Positions 27,841 to 38,926 are shown, numbered from the stretch's first letter. The stretch: DNA of 64,000 nt from a bacterium (GCA_963662285.2 CAXXMV010000002.1:640001-704000); one strand, 5' to 3'. Notes: generated by a model from the sequence alone, not told the origin. Made by a program: numbers and translations.

Positions 27841-29559
27841 ATGTCATCAACCAAACCGGTTATAGTTCAAAGTGATAAAACAGTTTTTCTTGAAGTTGAC
27901 TCTCCTGTATTTGAAGAAGCGAGAGATACGTTATGCAGTTTCGCGGAATTAACCAAATGCCCGGAGCATATTCATACCTATGTCATTTCTCCGCTATCGC
28001 TTTGGAATGCAGCCAGTTCCGGCTTAACCACAGAAGAAGTGATTAATGGACTTAAAAAGTATTCCCGCTATCCCATTCCAGCCAATGTAGAGGTTGATAT
28101 CCGTGAATATATGAATCGCTACGGGCGCCTGGTATTAGAGAAACGGGATGACTATCTAGTGCTGCGCAGCGAAGATCCCATGCTGCTTGACCAGATCAGC
28201 AATCATAAAAAAACTCATTCATTCGTCGAAGCGCGAATTGATCAAAACACTATTCGAGTCGGAGGAGAATACCGGGGCCGCTTAAAACAAACATTGATTA
28301 AGATCGGATTCCCGGTCAAGGATCAAGCGGGGTATGTCGAAGGCGATTCGCTTGCCATGGAATTGCGCGACTCCATGGTATCCGGCGACCAATTCATAAT
28401 GCGTGATTATCAACGTTCCGCCATTTCTTCATTTTACCGGGGAGGAAGCACCGTCGGCGGAAGCGGAGTAGTAGTGCTTCCCTGTGGTTCGGGCAAGACC
28501 ATTATCGGCATCGGGGCCATGGTTGAATTGGGTAAAAAAACCTTGATCCTGGCCACCAATATAGTTGCGCTGAGACAATGGAAGCGAGAAATCATTGATA
28601 AAACTTCATTAGAAGACGACGATGTCGGTGAATACAGCGGCGAGACGAAAGCAATCAAGCCGGTCACTATAGCGACTTATCAGATTCTTACCTACCGCAC
28701 CAAGAATACCAATATATTTCCGCACTTAAAACTTTTTGAATCTCAAGACTGGGGTTTGATTATTTATGATGAAGTGCATCTGCTGCCAGCTCCTATATTC
28801 CGCATAACTGCTGATATCCAGGCCCGTAGGCGCCTGGGTCTTACGGCGACTCTTATTCGTGAAGATGGTTTGGAAAGCGACGTATTCAGTTTGATTGGGC
28901 CGAAATGTTATGATGTTCCCTGGAAGGTATTAGAGAAGCAAGGTTGGATCGCACAGGCTGAATGTTATGAAATCCGCACTCCGCTTCCGATGGAGCATCG
29001 GCGTGAGTATGTCATGTCTCCTCCTCGTCAGCAATATCGCATAGCATCGGAGAATCCTGTAAAACTGGAAGTATTAGAGAGCCTGTTAAAACAGCATGTT
29101 AACGACCGTGTAATGATAATTGGACAATACCTTCGACAATTAAGGATTGTGGCCAGCGCCTTCAAGATACCGTTATTGACTGGTCAGACTCCTAATGTGG
29201 AGCGGGAGAAACTCTATCAACAATTTCGCACCGGAGAGATTAGCAAACTGGTTGTTTCTAAAGTGGCGAATTTCGCCGTTGATCTGCCGGATGCCAATGT
29301 AGCCATACAGATTTCCGGTTCTTTCGGTTCACGTCAGGAAGAGGCGCAAAGATTAGGCCGGATTCTCCGGCCTAAGAGCGACGGACAAATTGCTCATTTC
29401 TATTCGATAATCACGCGCGACAGTAGTGAAGGTGAATTCGCCCAAAAAAGACAACGTTTTTTAACTGAACAAGGTTACTATTATTCAATACGCAATATGG
29501 AAAATGGAACAGATAAACCCGATTCGGCTCATGGTGTGAAGATTGGAATTACTGAATGA
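27841..29559 (+). CDS. xpb: XPB/Ssl2/Rad25-family SF2 DNA helicase
   Basis: IVQSD.T..LE, PEHIHTY.I.PLSLWNA, LPCGSGKT, DEVH, GLTAT, RED, SKVA...DLP.A and QEEAQRLGRILR; start chosen at MSSTKP. Confidence 0.95.
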   Translation: MSSTKPVIVQSDKTVFLEVDSPVFEEARDTLCSFAELTKCPEHIHTYVISPLSLWNAASSGLTTEEVINGLKKYSRYPIPANVEVDIREYMNRYGRLVLEKRDDYLVLRSEDPMLLDQISNHKKTHSFVEARIDQNTIRVGGEYRGRLKQTLIKIGFPVKDQAGYVEGDSLAMELRDSMVSGDQFIMRDYQRSAISSFYRGGSTVGGSGVVVLPCGSGKTIIGIGAMVELGKKTLILATNIVALRQWKREIIDKTSLEDDDVGEYSGETKAIKPVTIATYQILTYRTKNTNIFPHLKLFESQDWGLIIYDEVHLLPAPIFRITADIQARRRLGLTATLIREDGLESDVFSLIGPKCYDVPWKVLEKQGWIAQAECYEIRTPLPMEHRREYVMSPPRQQYRIASENPVKLEVLESLLKQHVNDRVMIIGQYLRQLRIVASAFKIPLLTGQTPNVEREKLYQQFRTGEISKLVVSKVANFAVDLPDANVAIQISGSFGSRQEEAQRLGRILRPKSDGQIAHFYSIITRDSSEGEFAQKRQRFLTEQGYYYSIRNMENGTDKPDSAHGVKIGITE

Positions 29560-31076
29560 GTTTATTTAATATATTAGTGAACGCGCCTCATGAACGATTG
29601 CGACGATTAGCCAATGAATTTGGCATATCATCTGCATCTCCATCCAAGAGAACTATCTTGCATGAGTTGATGCACTGTTATAAGGATGAAGGCTTTATCT
29701 CTGCATTGGTTAAAGGTCTGCCTGAACAATCGAAACGTATGATCTATGGTCTCGTTTTTTTTACTCCTGATATTGAGACCATTATTATTCCCCGGTCCTT
29801 GAAGAAATTATGCACAAAAACTTGCATCATGGACGACTGTCTTATCCATCTATTTGATGTGGGGCTGCTTTTCCGTGATTCAGATAGCGCAGAAGATTGC
29901 GTGTTGCTGCCGGAGGAGATACGTCGAACCCTGCAAAATCATTACACTTCAGATTTCAGTAAACTGACCCCGCAGAGTGAATACGAATTAGAAGGCATTT
30001 CTGTTCGCCATCCCGGATTGGAAGCAGTTTTTCATCTGGCCTCTGTGGTTTTACATCATCGTCCGGTTCAAACCCAGAAAGGCATGGTTCATCGGAAATC
30101 AATTGATCGATGGGCGGAGCGTTTGAGCAATTCAGATTTACCGGATCAGTTTTTCGAATTCGTATTTGAGTTTTGCATAGAACGTGATTTTTTTACTATT
30201 CATAAAAACCGCATCCGGATAACCCCGGCTGCCAGTGAATGGTTTAACCGGGACGAAATCTCCATAAAAAACGATATCTGGTCTTATTATCTGGAAACGC
30301 GAATAATGCCCAATCCCGCCCTCCAGGCTTTATTGGTGGTTTTGCGCTCGATGGAAAAATTTGTGCAGGATAACAATAAATCTCCGGTTTATTCCATATC
30401 TGATTTCCATTCCGCCTGGAGTGTAGCGATTCAAGAAGATGACTCAATATCCCTATGTCTGGATGCTCTTAAGTGGTTATCATTTCTTGGTCTTATCCAA
30501 TTTAATACGCCGAAAAAGCCAACAACGTTTTTTCTAACTCGCGTCGGAATCGAAAATCTGCTCTATATCAAATTTCCTCCAGAAACTCATCCTCCTGACC
30601 GCTGCGTCTTACAACCGAATTTTGACATGTTAGTCCCGCCTTCTTTTAGATATCCTGACTTATGGGAATTAGAACATCTAGCCGAATTCAAAAAGCGGGA
30701 TATATTTACCGAATATCATATTTCTCAGCGCAGCATATTATTCGGAATGCGACGCGGCAGAAAAACAGATAAGACGCTAAATTTCCTTAATAGCCTGACT
30801 GGCGACAGAATTCCTGAAAATATCAAATATAGCGTCGAGGAATGGTGTGGGAAATACGGACAGATCACACTAAAAAAGACAGTGCTCGTGGAGTGCGCCT
30901 CAGTCGATTTAGCGGAAGAGATGTCGCATATTCCTGAAATCAGCAATATGCTGGAACAGCGCATCGCTGATCGATATTTCATAATCGCCGAATTGAATGC
31001 ACACCAGGTAATGTATATATTAAGAGATAAAGGATATGAACCTGCCGCCGTTAAACGTTTTGCCGGTGAGGAATAG
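29556..31076 (+). CDS. XPB-binding helicase-associated (Helicase_C_3, Tfb2/p52-like) protein
   Basis: ATGA overlap with xpb; VLQPNFDMLVP...YHIS..SI..G....IPENI.YS.EEW...YG pattern mirrors the XPB N-terminal domain. Confidence 0.82.
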   Translation: MSLFNILVNAPHERLRRLANEFGISSASPSKRTILHELMHCYKDEGFISALVKGLPEQSKRMIYGLVFFTPDIETIIIPRSLKKLCTKTCIMDDCLIHLFDVGLLFRDSDSAEDCVLLPEEIRRTLQNHYTSDFSKLTPQSEYELEGISVRHPGLEAVFHLASVVLHHRPVQTQKGMVHRKSIDRWAERLSNSDLPDQFFEFVFEFCIERDFFTIHKNRIRITPAASEWFNRDEISIKNDIWSYYLETRIMPNPALQALLVVLRSMEKFVQDNNKSPVYSISDFHSAWSVAIQEDDSISLCLDALKWLSFLGLIQFNTPKKPTTFFLTRVGIENLLYIKFPPETHPPDRCVLQPNFDMLVPPSFRYPDLWELEHLAEFKKRDIFTEYHISQRSILFGMRRGRKTDKTLNFLNSLTGDRIPENIKYSVEEWCGKYGQITLKKTVLVECASVDLAEEMSHIPEISNMLEQRIADRYFIIAELNAHQVMYILRDKGYEPAAVKRFAGEE

Positions 31077-31116
31077 ATATAGCAGTTAAGTTTTACTGAA
31101 AAATGAGAGGATCAAA

Positions 31117-32844
31117 ATGCACCAACCGACATCTAATATCATTTTACTAATAATTACGCTACTTATGGCCAGCTGTGGGGGATCTGAACATTCGGGTATT
31201 TCTTCGCGTCCCGATATCCCCTCCCGGCGCGGCGAAACAACTCCATCCGGCATCAAACTGGGCGGCATTTTCCGTATGAACGAATCGGGCACTCCACGCA
31301 GTTTTGATCCGGTGCGAATCGATGAGAGCGCCGGTCATCACATCGCCGACCAGATGTATGATGGGCTGTTCAAGTTTGATGATAAACTTGATTTAATACC
31401 AGGCGTTGCAAAGAGTCATGAAGTTTCAGAAGATGGTAAAACCTATACTCTATTTCTACAAAAAGGCATCCGGTTCCATGACGATGCCTGTTTTCCTAAT
31501 GGCAAAGGTCGCGAAGTCAAAGCCTCCGATGTAGAGTATTGTCTGACCCGCGTTTTGACTCCCACCAGTAAATCAACCGGCGCTTGGATTTTTGAGGATA
31601 TCGTAGTCGGCGCCAAAGATTTTATGAGTGGTAAAGCCGATAAAGTTGCCGGATTCAAAATAGTTGACGATGATACATTTCAAGTAGAATTAAACAAACC
31701 ATTTCTGAGATTCCCGTTCCGCCTGGCTATGGCTTTCTGTTATATCCATCCTCATGAAGCGCTGGAATACTACAAAGATGATTTCTTCCAAAATCCGGTT
31801 GGTACGGGACCATTTCAATTCGTGCATTGGAAGCCTAATCAGGAAATCCTGATGAAGCGCAACCCCCATTACTGGATGAAGGATAAAGACGGCGTTCAAT
31901 TGCCCTATCTGGATGGCGTAAGTTGCAACCGAATCAACGACTTTAAAATTTCCTTCCTTGAATTTGATCTCGGCAACCTTGAACTGGTGCAGCAGATTCA
32001 CGAGGATTTATGGACTAATGTTTTTGATGCAAATAACCATGTTCGACCTGATTTCGCTAAATATAAGATTCAACACATGCCGCTCTGGGTAACGCAATAT
32101 TTCGGCTTCAACCTCACCAAACCGCCTTTTAAGGATAATAAAAACCTGCGCCAGGCGTTTAATTACTCTATCGACCGTGAGGCGATTATCAAATATGTCA
32201 TTAATGGACGCGGCATCCCGGCTACAGGCGTGGTTCCTTCCGGCATTCCCGGATACGAGAGTGATGTTAAGGGGTATAGTTACGATCCTCAAAAAGCCAA
32301 GCAACTTCTAGCCGATGCGGGGTATCCCAATGGCGAAGGTCTCGAAGAGATCACTTTGCAACTCAATAGCGGCGGAACGGTCAACGAGACAATCGCTGAA
32401 GCCATCCAGGAGCAATTGCGTAAAATTGGCGTGACCATCAACTTACAAATAGTTGATTGGGCGCAGCATCTGGAAAGCATCGATAATAATCAGCCCCTAT
32501 TCTACCGTTTAGGTTGGGTGGCCGATTATCCTGATCCGGAGAATTTTATTCAGCTGCTGTCGAGCAAGAATTTCCCGCCTAACGGCGCCAATTATTCACG
32601 CTACTCCAATCCTGAATACGATAAGTTGTTTGATGAAGCCATGATGTCATCCGATGCAAAAAAGCAGGTCGAACTGTTCAAGCAAGCGGAAAAGATTGCC
32701 GTTGAAGATGCTCCTTGGCTGTTTCTGTTCTATACGGTGCGTTATCGCATGATGCAGCCCTATGTTAATGATTTAGTCTATAATCCGCAGGAACTGATTT
32801 TTCTGACTAAAGTATGGCTGGATGATATACCGGGGGAAAAATAA
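31117..32844 (+). CDS. ABC peptide/nickel substrate-binding lipoprotein (SBP family 5)
   Basis: Lipobox LMASC; SFDP, Y.F.L..G..FHD, PVGTGPF, RQA...IDR, GW.ADYPDP and N...Y.NP. Confidence 0.93.
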   Translation: MHQPTSNIILLIITLLMASCGGSEHSGISSRPDIPSRRGETTPSGIKLGGIFRMNESGTPRSFDPVRIDESAGHHIADQMYDGLFKFDDKLDLIPGVAKSHEVSEDGKTYTLFLQKGIRFHDDACFPNGKGREVKASDVEYCLTRVLTPTSKSTGAWIFEDIVVGAKDFMSGKADKVAGFKIVDDDTFQVELNKPFLRFPFRLAMAFCYIHPHEALEYYKDDFFQNPVGTGPFQFVHWKPNQEILMKRNPHYWMKDKDGVQLPYLDGVSCNRINDFKISFLEFDLGNLELVQQIHEDLWTNVFDANNHVRPDFAKYKIQHMPLWVTQYFGFNLTKPPFKDNKNLRQAFNYSIDREAIIKYVINGRGIPATGVVPSGIPGYESDVKGYSYDPQKAKQLLADAGYPNGEGLEEITLQLNSGGTVNETIAEAIQEQLRKIGVTINLQIVDWAQHLESIDNNQPLFYRLGWVADYPDPENFIQLLSSKNFPPNGANYSRYSNPEYDKLFDEAMMSSDAKKQVELFKQAEKIAVEDAPWLFLFYTVRYRMMQPYVNDLVYNPQELIFLTKVWLDDIPGEK

Positions 32845-32855
32845 TTACAGAATCG

Positions 32856-33602
32856 ATGAACGAACCGTTTAATTCATGGAAATCATTTTATCGCAAAACG
32901 TACGGCGGCCAGTGGCGGGCATTTGCTCAGTCATTGGCTAAGCAGCCGTATCATGTCCGTTATCAAAATACTTGCCTGGCGCCTTTGCAGAATGTCTCTG
33001 GCCGCATACTTGAGGTTGGCGTGGGGCGCGGCGACCTTTTATCGCAAATGCCCCATCAGTCTTGCGGACTGTATGGCTGCGACCTGTCTGAAGGTAATAT
33101 TGAAGGATGCGCTGAGCGATTCCATCAACTGCAACGCGAAGTGCATCTGTGTCATGCCGATGCGGAACAAATTCCCTATGGATCGAATAGTTTTGATGCG
33201 GTATACTCACTTAGCGTTATGTGGTATGTACCGGATTACCAAACGGCCATAAGTGAAATGTTTCGCGTGGTGAAACCGGGTGGACTGGTGTTATTCGATA
33301 TGCTCAACGTCTGGCACATAACATCAATATCCAATCATGTATGGCGCATGGCCTGCCGCCTATTCGGGCGGGAATTAGGTCATACCAGCCTGGCAAGCCC
33401 TTCATCTTTGCTGAATGCTATAAGACCTTATGCTTCTGAGTATAACCTATACGGCAACTACCTGCTTCTTCCCGCAGGGTTGCCTATGCTTAAAGAAGCA
33501 GGCAACCTGTGTCGTTTTGTTCCATCTCTGGCCTATGCCATGACGGAGAGTCCGTTTCGTGGATTGTCGCATAAATTATTGGTCGTGGCCCATAAGAAAT
33601 AG
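32856..33602 (+). CDS. Class I SAM-dependent methyltransferase
   Basis: ILEVGVGRG, DAEQIPY..NSFD and EMFRVVKPGG. Confidence 0.9.
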   Translation: MNEPFNSWKSFYRKTYGGQWRAFAQSLAKQPYHVRYQNTCLAPLQNVSGRILEVGVGRGDLLSQMPHQSCGLYGCDLSEGNIEGCAERFHQLQREVHLCHADAEQIPYGSNSFDAVYSLSVMWYVPDYQTAISEMFRVVKPGGLVLFDMLNVWHITSISNHVWRMACRLFGRELGHTSLASPSSLLNAIRPYASEYNLYGNYLLLPAGLPMLKEAGNLCRFVPSLAYAMTESPFRGLSHKLLVVAHKK

Positions 33603-33628
33603 GATACAGAAATTTCCGTTATTCTGGA

Positions 33629-34753
33629 TTGACCAATATGACATGTCGGATACTGTTCGTTACAACTGATTCTAAAATCTGCGGTACTGAGGGGATGATC
33701 CTGACCCTGCTGCGGAATTTGGACCGCAGCCGTTTTTCACCCGCTCTGGTGACGCTGAAGGGTCCGGGTGACCTGGTTGAAGCGGCGCGTGATATTGGCG
33801 TTGAAAGTTATAACCTTGGTCTATCCCGGCGCCGGTTATTATCAGGATTCAATTCCTTCCGGGCAATTGTTAAACAAATTCAACCAGATGTAATTCACTC
33901 CTTTCTTTTTCATTCCAATCTGCTTGCTCGATCTTCAAAACTATTCAATAGAAAAATATCAGTAATTTCCGGCATTCGCACCGTTTATACTGTGAAAGAT
34001 TATGGACGCCTTTACGCTATTCTGGAGCGATTGACTCATCCGCTGGACAAGTTTTATGTTGCCAACTCTCAGCATGGATTACAAAGCGTACTTGATAACA
34101 TGAAACTTCCTGAAAAAAAATTGCAAATGATTCATAATGGATTGGAACTCAATGAACCAGAGGTAACTGCTGTATCCATCAGAAAAGAGTTGGAGTTCGA
34201 GTTCGGTTTAGATGAGAAGGCCATAATCATCGGCATTGTAGCGCAGTTGAGACCTCCTAAACGGCATGATCTGTTAATCAGAGCCGTAGCCCGTTTGAAA
34301 GATCGCTATCCCCATGTCCGTTTGTTGATCATCGGTCAGGGAGATATTGAAATTGACCTTAAATCGCTGGCTATGGAAAAAGGTATAGAAGATCGCGTGA
34401 TTTTCACCGGATACCGCAGCGATGTGAGCCGTTTATTGTATGGGATGGATATCTTCGCCTTACCCTCTGAGGTGGAAGGTCAACCAGTATCGATTCTAGA
34501 AGCCATGAACGCCGGATTACCGGTTGCCGCTGCACGGGCTGGAGGTATACCTGAAGTTGTATCAGCAGGCAAAACCGGGCTGCTCTGTGAACCGGGATCA
34601 ATTGATGATCTATGCCAGATTTTAATACGGCTGTTGGAATCGTCCGATTTACGCCAACGTATGGGACATGCCGGTCAGGAGAGAGTAAAGCGTCTTTTTT
34701 CGGTCGAACGCATGACTAAAAAGTTCGAAGGACTTTATCAGCGCTGCATCTAG
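33629..34753 (+). CDS. GT4 family glycosyltransferase
   Basis: GTE, IHNG, K.H..L..A, G.G, LPS..EG.P..ILEAM.AG.PV and GG.PE; start may be ATG 33638. Confidence 0.92.
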   Translation: MTNMTCRILFVTTDSKICGTEGMILTLLRNLDRSRFSPALVTLKGPGDLVEAARDIGVESYNLGLSRRRLLSGFNSFRAIVKQIQPDVIHSFLFHSNLLARSSKLFNRKISVISGIRTVYTVKDYGRLYAILERLTHPLDKFYVANSQHGLQSVLDNMKLPEKKLQMIHNGLELNEPEVTAVSIRKELEFEFGLDEKAIIIGIVAQLRPPKRHDLLIRAVARLKDRYPHVRLLIIGQGDIEIDLKSLAMEKGIEDRVIFTGYRSDVSRLLYGMDIFALPSEVEGQPVSILEAMNAGLPVAAARAGGIPEVVSAGKTGLLCEPGSIDDLCQILIRLLESSDLRQRMGHAGQERVKRLFSVERMTKKFEGLYQRCI

Positions 34754-34826
34754 CGCAGTTGTCAAAATCATGTTCGTTTCTTATCATCCCTTAGGAGTAA
34801 TTACATTGTTGTCACCAGGTGATAAT

Positions 34827-36290
34827 CTATATCCTTTTACGCTTGCTGGTAGGCAGGATTGACATTTTCTCGCGGTATTTGGCGACTGTTCGCCTTGCAA
34901 TATTAAGGTTGTAGTCACGGTGCAGCATTTCCGTTATTTTCTGATCAGACAGCGGTTTATGGATATCTTCTTCTTCAATCATATTGCGAATAATTTCCAT
35001 AACGCTTTTAGCCGCCATATCGTCACGACCAGTTGCATCCAATCCGGTTGAGAAGAAATACTTGAGTTCGAAAAGTCCACGCGAGGTTTGGACGTATTTC
35101 TTGTTTACCACGCGGCAGACGGTTGCTTCATGGATGCCCAGTTCGTCAGCGATATCGCGTAATTTCATTGGTTTCAGTGCAGTTATTCCTTCTTCCAGGA
35201 AATCTCTCTGCTTATCAACTATAGCCTTGGTTACACGATACAAGGTTCTGCGGCGTTGTTCGATATTCCTGATCAGCCAGATAGCGGATTGGAATTTCTT
35301 CTTTATAAATTCGAACTCATCTTCACTTATGCCGTTTTTATCATGCAGCATATCGCGATATTTGCGGCTGATTTTTAGAGGCGGAGAACCCTCATCATTG
35401 ACGCGCACCTGCCATTGCCCCTCGACTTTTTCAATAAATACATCAGGCGTGATGTATTCGACTGTCGCGGGTTTATATTGTCGCGCAGGGTGTGGGTCCA
35501 GGGTTCCGATAAAGTCGGCGATTTCCTGGACATGCATCTCCGAGACGCCTAACGCGCGGGCTATCTCTTTGAAACGTCTCCTCTCCAGCAGTTTTAGATG
35601 ATTACGAATAACCAGGATAATATCATCATCATCAATTTCATAATGCTGGCATTGGATTTCAAGGCATTCGGAAAGATTTCTGGCGCCCACTCCGGGTGGA
35701 TCGAATCCTTGGATAATTTTAAGTACCTTCTCTATTACTTCCGGTTCGACGCTGAAGGTGACCGCTGTATCCTCAATCTTCAAAGGGTAAAAGCCGTCTT
35801 CATCTAATTGGTCAAGAATATATTCGCCAATCTCATATTCTAATTCTCCATTAGTCGAGACGCCCAGTTGCCAGACCAGATGGTCTTTCAGTGACTCTTC
35901 TTTGACCATCTGGACGCCGTTTTCATCTTCATCTTCGGTCGAATATGATGATCCGCTGCCCACGAATCCCAAATCGCTGCTGTCTGAGAAATAATCAGCC
36001 CAATCGTTATCCAGTTCGATTTTGCCGACTTCCAGCATTTCTGGAGCATCTGCGGCAGGCTCAGGAGAAGATTCCTGTTCTTCCATGTTACGATCAGGTC
36101 GTTCAATAAACTCTTCTTCTTCCAACATGGGATTTTCGGCCAGCTCTTCCTGGAGCATTTCCGAGAGTTCCAACGTGGAAAGTTGCAACAGCTGGATAGA
36201 CTGCTGCATTTGCGGCGTCATTATAAGCCGCTGAGACATCTTCTGTTGGAGTTGGAGCCTTTGATCCATTAGGAAATTCGCCTTTATCAC
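34827..36290 (-). CDS. rpoN: RNA polymerase sigma-54 factor
   Basis: QQSIQLLQL, ENP.LE, FDPPGVGAR.L.ECL, HEATV.R, ELKYFF, PLSD and the RpoN box ARRTVAKYRE; true start may be 36269. Confidence 0.97.
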   Translation of the reverse strand: MIKANFLMDQRLQLQQKMSQRLIMTPQMQQSIQLLQLSTLELSEMLQEELAENPMLEEEEFIERPDRNMEEQESSPEPAADAPEMLEVGKIELDNDWADYFSDSSDLGFVGSGSSYSTEDEDENGVQMVKEESLKDHLVWQLGVSTNGELEYEIGEYILDQLDEDGFYPLKIEDTAVTFSVEPEVIEKVLKIIQGFDPPGVGARNLSECLEIQCQHYEIDDDDIILVIRNHLKLLERRRFKEIARALGVSEMHVQEIADFIGTLDPHPARQYKPATVEYITPDVFIEKVEGQWQVRVNDEGSPPLKISRKYRDMLHDKNGISEDEFEFIKKKFQSAIWLIRNIEQRRRTLYRVTKAIVDKQRDFLEEGITALKPMKLRDIADELGIHEATVCRVVNKKYVQTSRGLFELKYFFSTGLDATGRDDMAAKSVMEIIRNMIEEEDIHKPLSDQKITEMLHRDYNLNIARRTVAKYREKMSILPTSKRKRI

Positions 36291-36771
36291 AACCCTATAA
36301 TAGATAATAACAAAGCAATTAACATCTATAATTCAGACATAATTGCTAGTAATAACCGATCTGGAATTCTAGTTTCTCTTAATTATACATGAAAAAAAAA
36401 TTCCATGCCAAAAATAACATTACCCGGATCATATGTCAACGCGAATACATATACTAAACCCAGTTAGTTGCAGAGTAACCTATTAATAATCAGTTACCTA
36501 AGTCAATAAATACTATTTTGGATAAAAAGACGTTTTTTTTCAATATTGCAGCATTTTTCTCACTTTTTCTACCTGATAGGATTTTGGATAGAATTGTCTT
36601 CATTTTTACATTGATTTATTCGTTTCAAAAAAGGGCAAAAACTCAACCATTTATAAATGTCAAACGCGATTTAAATACGAAAGCATTTCGATAATATCTC
36701 TGGAATAATAAAAATATATTAATGCAGATATTTCACATTGCTAAGACATTGTAAAATATAGATATAGGTCT

Positions 36772-36809
36772 TTTTGTTGGAAATAAGATATTTTGTTGGA
36801 AATAAGATA
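36772..36809. repeat. 19-bp perfect tandem duplication
   Basis: TTTTGTTGGAAATAAGATA x2. Confidence 0.85.
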
Positions 36810-36839
36810 TATAGCGCAATCGTGATTCAGGCAGTCGGC

Positions 36840-38762
36840 CTAATCCAATTGCTCCATCTTATCTTCCATCAGGGTGATCAAGAGGGCTGATTGGCGCACA
36901 AAGGCGTCGAGGATTCTGGCGTGGTTATGTAATTTCTCAGAGATTATTTTCTTCTGATCTTTTTGGATTTGCGTTCTCCAGCGGCTGTCTTCGAATTCAA
37001 AATGAGTCTCTTGCAGCAACTCATTGAGCAACTCAATGGCTTGTTGGTGGTCTTTGGTGCAGCTGGATACGGCTTCTTCCAGTTTTTTAAGCAATGATTT
37101 TTGCTGTTCGTTAGTCAGCGATAGTTCCGGATCAGGTGGAATGTAATCCAGCGCTCTCCTGGCCTGTTCAGAGAATAGTTGCAATTGTTCTATAACTTTC
37201 ACCATAGATCTACGCAGGTCTATAACATCTGCTTGAGGGTGGAAGGATTGATGTATGACATTCAAATGACCGGAAATATTGATTTCATCCTCGGGCAATT
37301 CATCCATAATCGATTCAATCCGGGAGGTGATCGTTCCATTGATCATGGCGCCGGCGCTGATATTAAATACCGTGATATTCTTGAATCGGGTGATTTCATG
37401 CTCCAGCAGTTTTCTGTATAAATGAAGCGTTTCGCTTGTACTCACTGAACCTCCATTAACTGAAGGTATTTCATGGGTTGCTTGATCATCGCGGTGCAGT
37501 TTTTTATCATCGAAGATGGTTCCATTAGCATAGGTTTTTTGATCTGTAAAAGCCAAATCCTGCCCGGCGAGGATGATCGGTTTGCATCCCAGGCGCGCCA
37601 AAATATGAAATCCGGCGACTGCCACGCTTCCCGGCCCGAATATATCTCCTTTGTTGCCAGCCAGTTTTTGCAGCCACTGATAAACCGCGTTGCCGCTCAT
37701 CTTGGGTACTGGGATTTGATCAAGCGGCGCAGGCTCCCCTGTTTTCTCGGTAGTTGATAACCAGGAAGCCAGGAAGACTCTGGGCTTAAAGTGGTTGATG
37801 ATTCCTGCATTAATCCGTGGATCTGCGATGAGGAATGTCTCCGGTGATGGTGATTCTTTATCGAACGAACGCAGATTGCGTTCATTATGATCCATGGCGA
37901 AGACTATATGTGGACGAATACCATACTTACGTAGAATTGGATAAGCAGTGTTAACGCAAGTGATGAGGACCTTGTTCTGGATGGCTTTCATCGAATTAAT
38001 CGACTTTTCCAGCGACGGCCCGGCCGCGGCCAGAATAGCAGGAACATTTTCCAGATGATGAAACAAGGTCGAAACGCCGGGGTAATCCAGAATCGGCTCA
38101 ACATTGGATAGGGTATTGATAACCACAGTCTCTCCATGCGATATTCGTGAGCGTCGATACATCAACTCACGTTGCAGGGCGTCACGCCAGGCCGTAGAAA
38201 ACTGTTGAGGAAAAGCAGGGTGCATGCGACGAATAAAGCCGGTGGATATTATTTTATTAGATAGATTAAGAAAACGCGGCCATTGCAATTCTGAACCGAT
38301 GCTCTCCACCGATTTTTCCACGCTCTGACCGACATAAAAATGAATCTGTTTGTTTTTTAATAAGTCTGAAATATCGACATATTGGATTGCGGTAAAAAAC
38401 TGAAAAGGATCAGGTTCAATAATTGCGATAACCGTATCTGGAGGCATTACTGATATTAAGCGCTTGGCTTCGTAACCTAAACCAAAACCCAGCAACAGCA
38501 CTGCATGAGGCGACTGCTTCTTTAATTCGGTATTATCAAGCCATTTTTCCAGTTCTTCTTCAGGATTGCCGGTCACAAAAAGCGAAGCTAACCCTCCGTT
38601 AGAGGATTTCAGCGAAATATTTGCGAACCCCGGCTTCAATTCGTTGGCGCAATATAGCCGATTCGAAATTTTAGGCATTAAACCTTCGATGGCTTTTGCC
38701 TGTTCCGGGTTCAGGATTCTTAAAGATTCTAAATTTTTATTATAAAACGGGCCGCAAACCAT
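36840..38762 (-). CDS. maf: Motility-associated factor (Maf/DUF115) flagellin glycosyltransferase family protein
   Basis: GFGLGY, AAGPSL.K, L...GI.PH....D, SV......A..LGC.PIIL.GQDLAF and C-terminal helices. Confidence 0.85.
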   Translation of the reverse strand: MVCGPFYNKNLESLRILNPEQAKAIEGLMPKISNRLYCANELKPGFANISLKSSNGGLASLFVTGNPEEELEKWLDNTELKKQSPHAVLLLGFGLGYEAKRLISVMPPDTVIAIIEPDPFQFFTAIQYVDISDLLKNKQIHFYVGQSVEKSVESIGSELQWPRFLNLSNKIISTGFIRRMHPAFPQQFSTAWRDALQRELMYRRSRISHGETVVINTLSNVEPILDYPGVSTLFHHLENVPAILAAAGPSLEKSINSMKAIQNKVLITCVNTAYPILRKYGIRPHIVFAMDHNERNLRSFDKESPSPETFLIADPRINAGIINHFKPRVFLASWLSTTEKTGEPAPLDQIPVPKMSGNAVYQWLQKLAGNKGDIFGPGSVAVAGFHILARLGCKPIILAGQDLAFTDQKTYANGTIFDDKKLHRDDQATHEIPSVNGGSVSTSETLHLYRKLLEHEITRFKNITVFNISAGAMINGTITSRIESIMDELPEDEINISGHLNVIHQSFHPQADVIDLRRSMVKVIEQLQLFSEQARRALDYIPPDPELSLTNEQQKSLLKKLEEAVSSCTKDHQQAIELLNELLQETHFEFEDSRWRTQIQKDQKKIISEKLHNHARILDAFVRQSALLITLMEDKMEQLD

Positions 38763-38926
38763 AGCGCCGTCCCTTTATCTGGATCAAGAGTATATACGAT
38801 TAAACAAATCAAATGCTTTTATATATATATAAATATCCGCAAACCACTATAATCATCCAAATTATAGAAACTGAAAGCCTTTTTGTCGATTATCCCGTCA
38901 ATTAAGATTCACAAAAGAATCATGAA

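Noticed and set aside
36391-36412. sigma54 autoregulatory site upstream of rpoN (TTGGCAT on the minus strand)
   Set aside because: The -12 TTGC element is missing; a T-run occupies its place.
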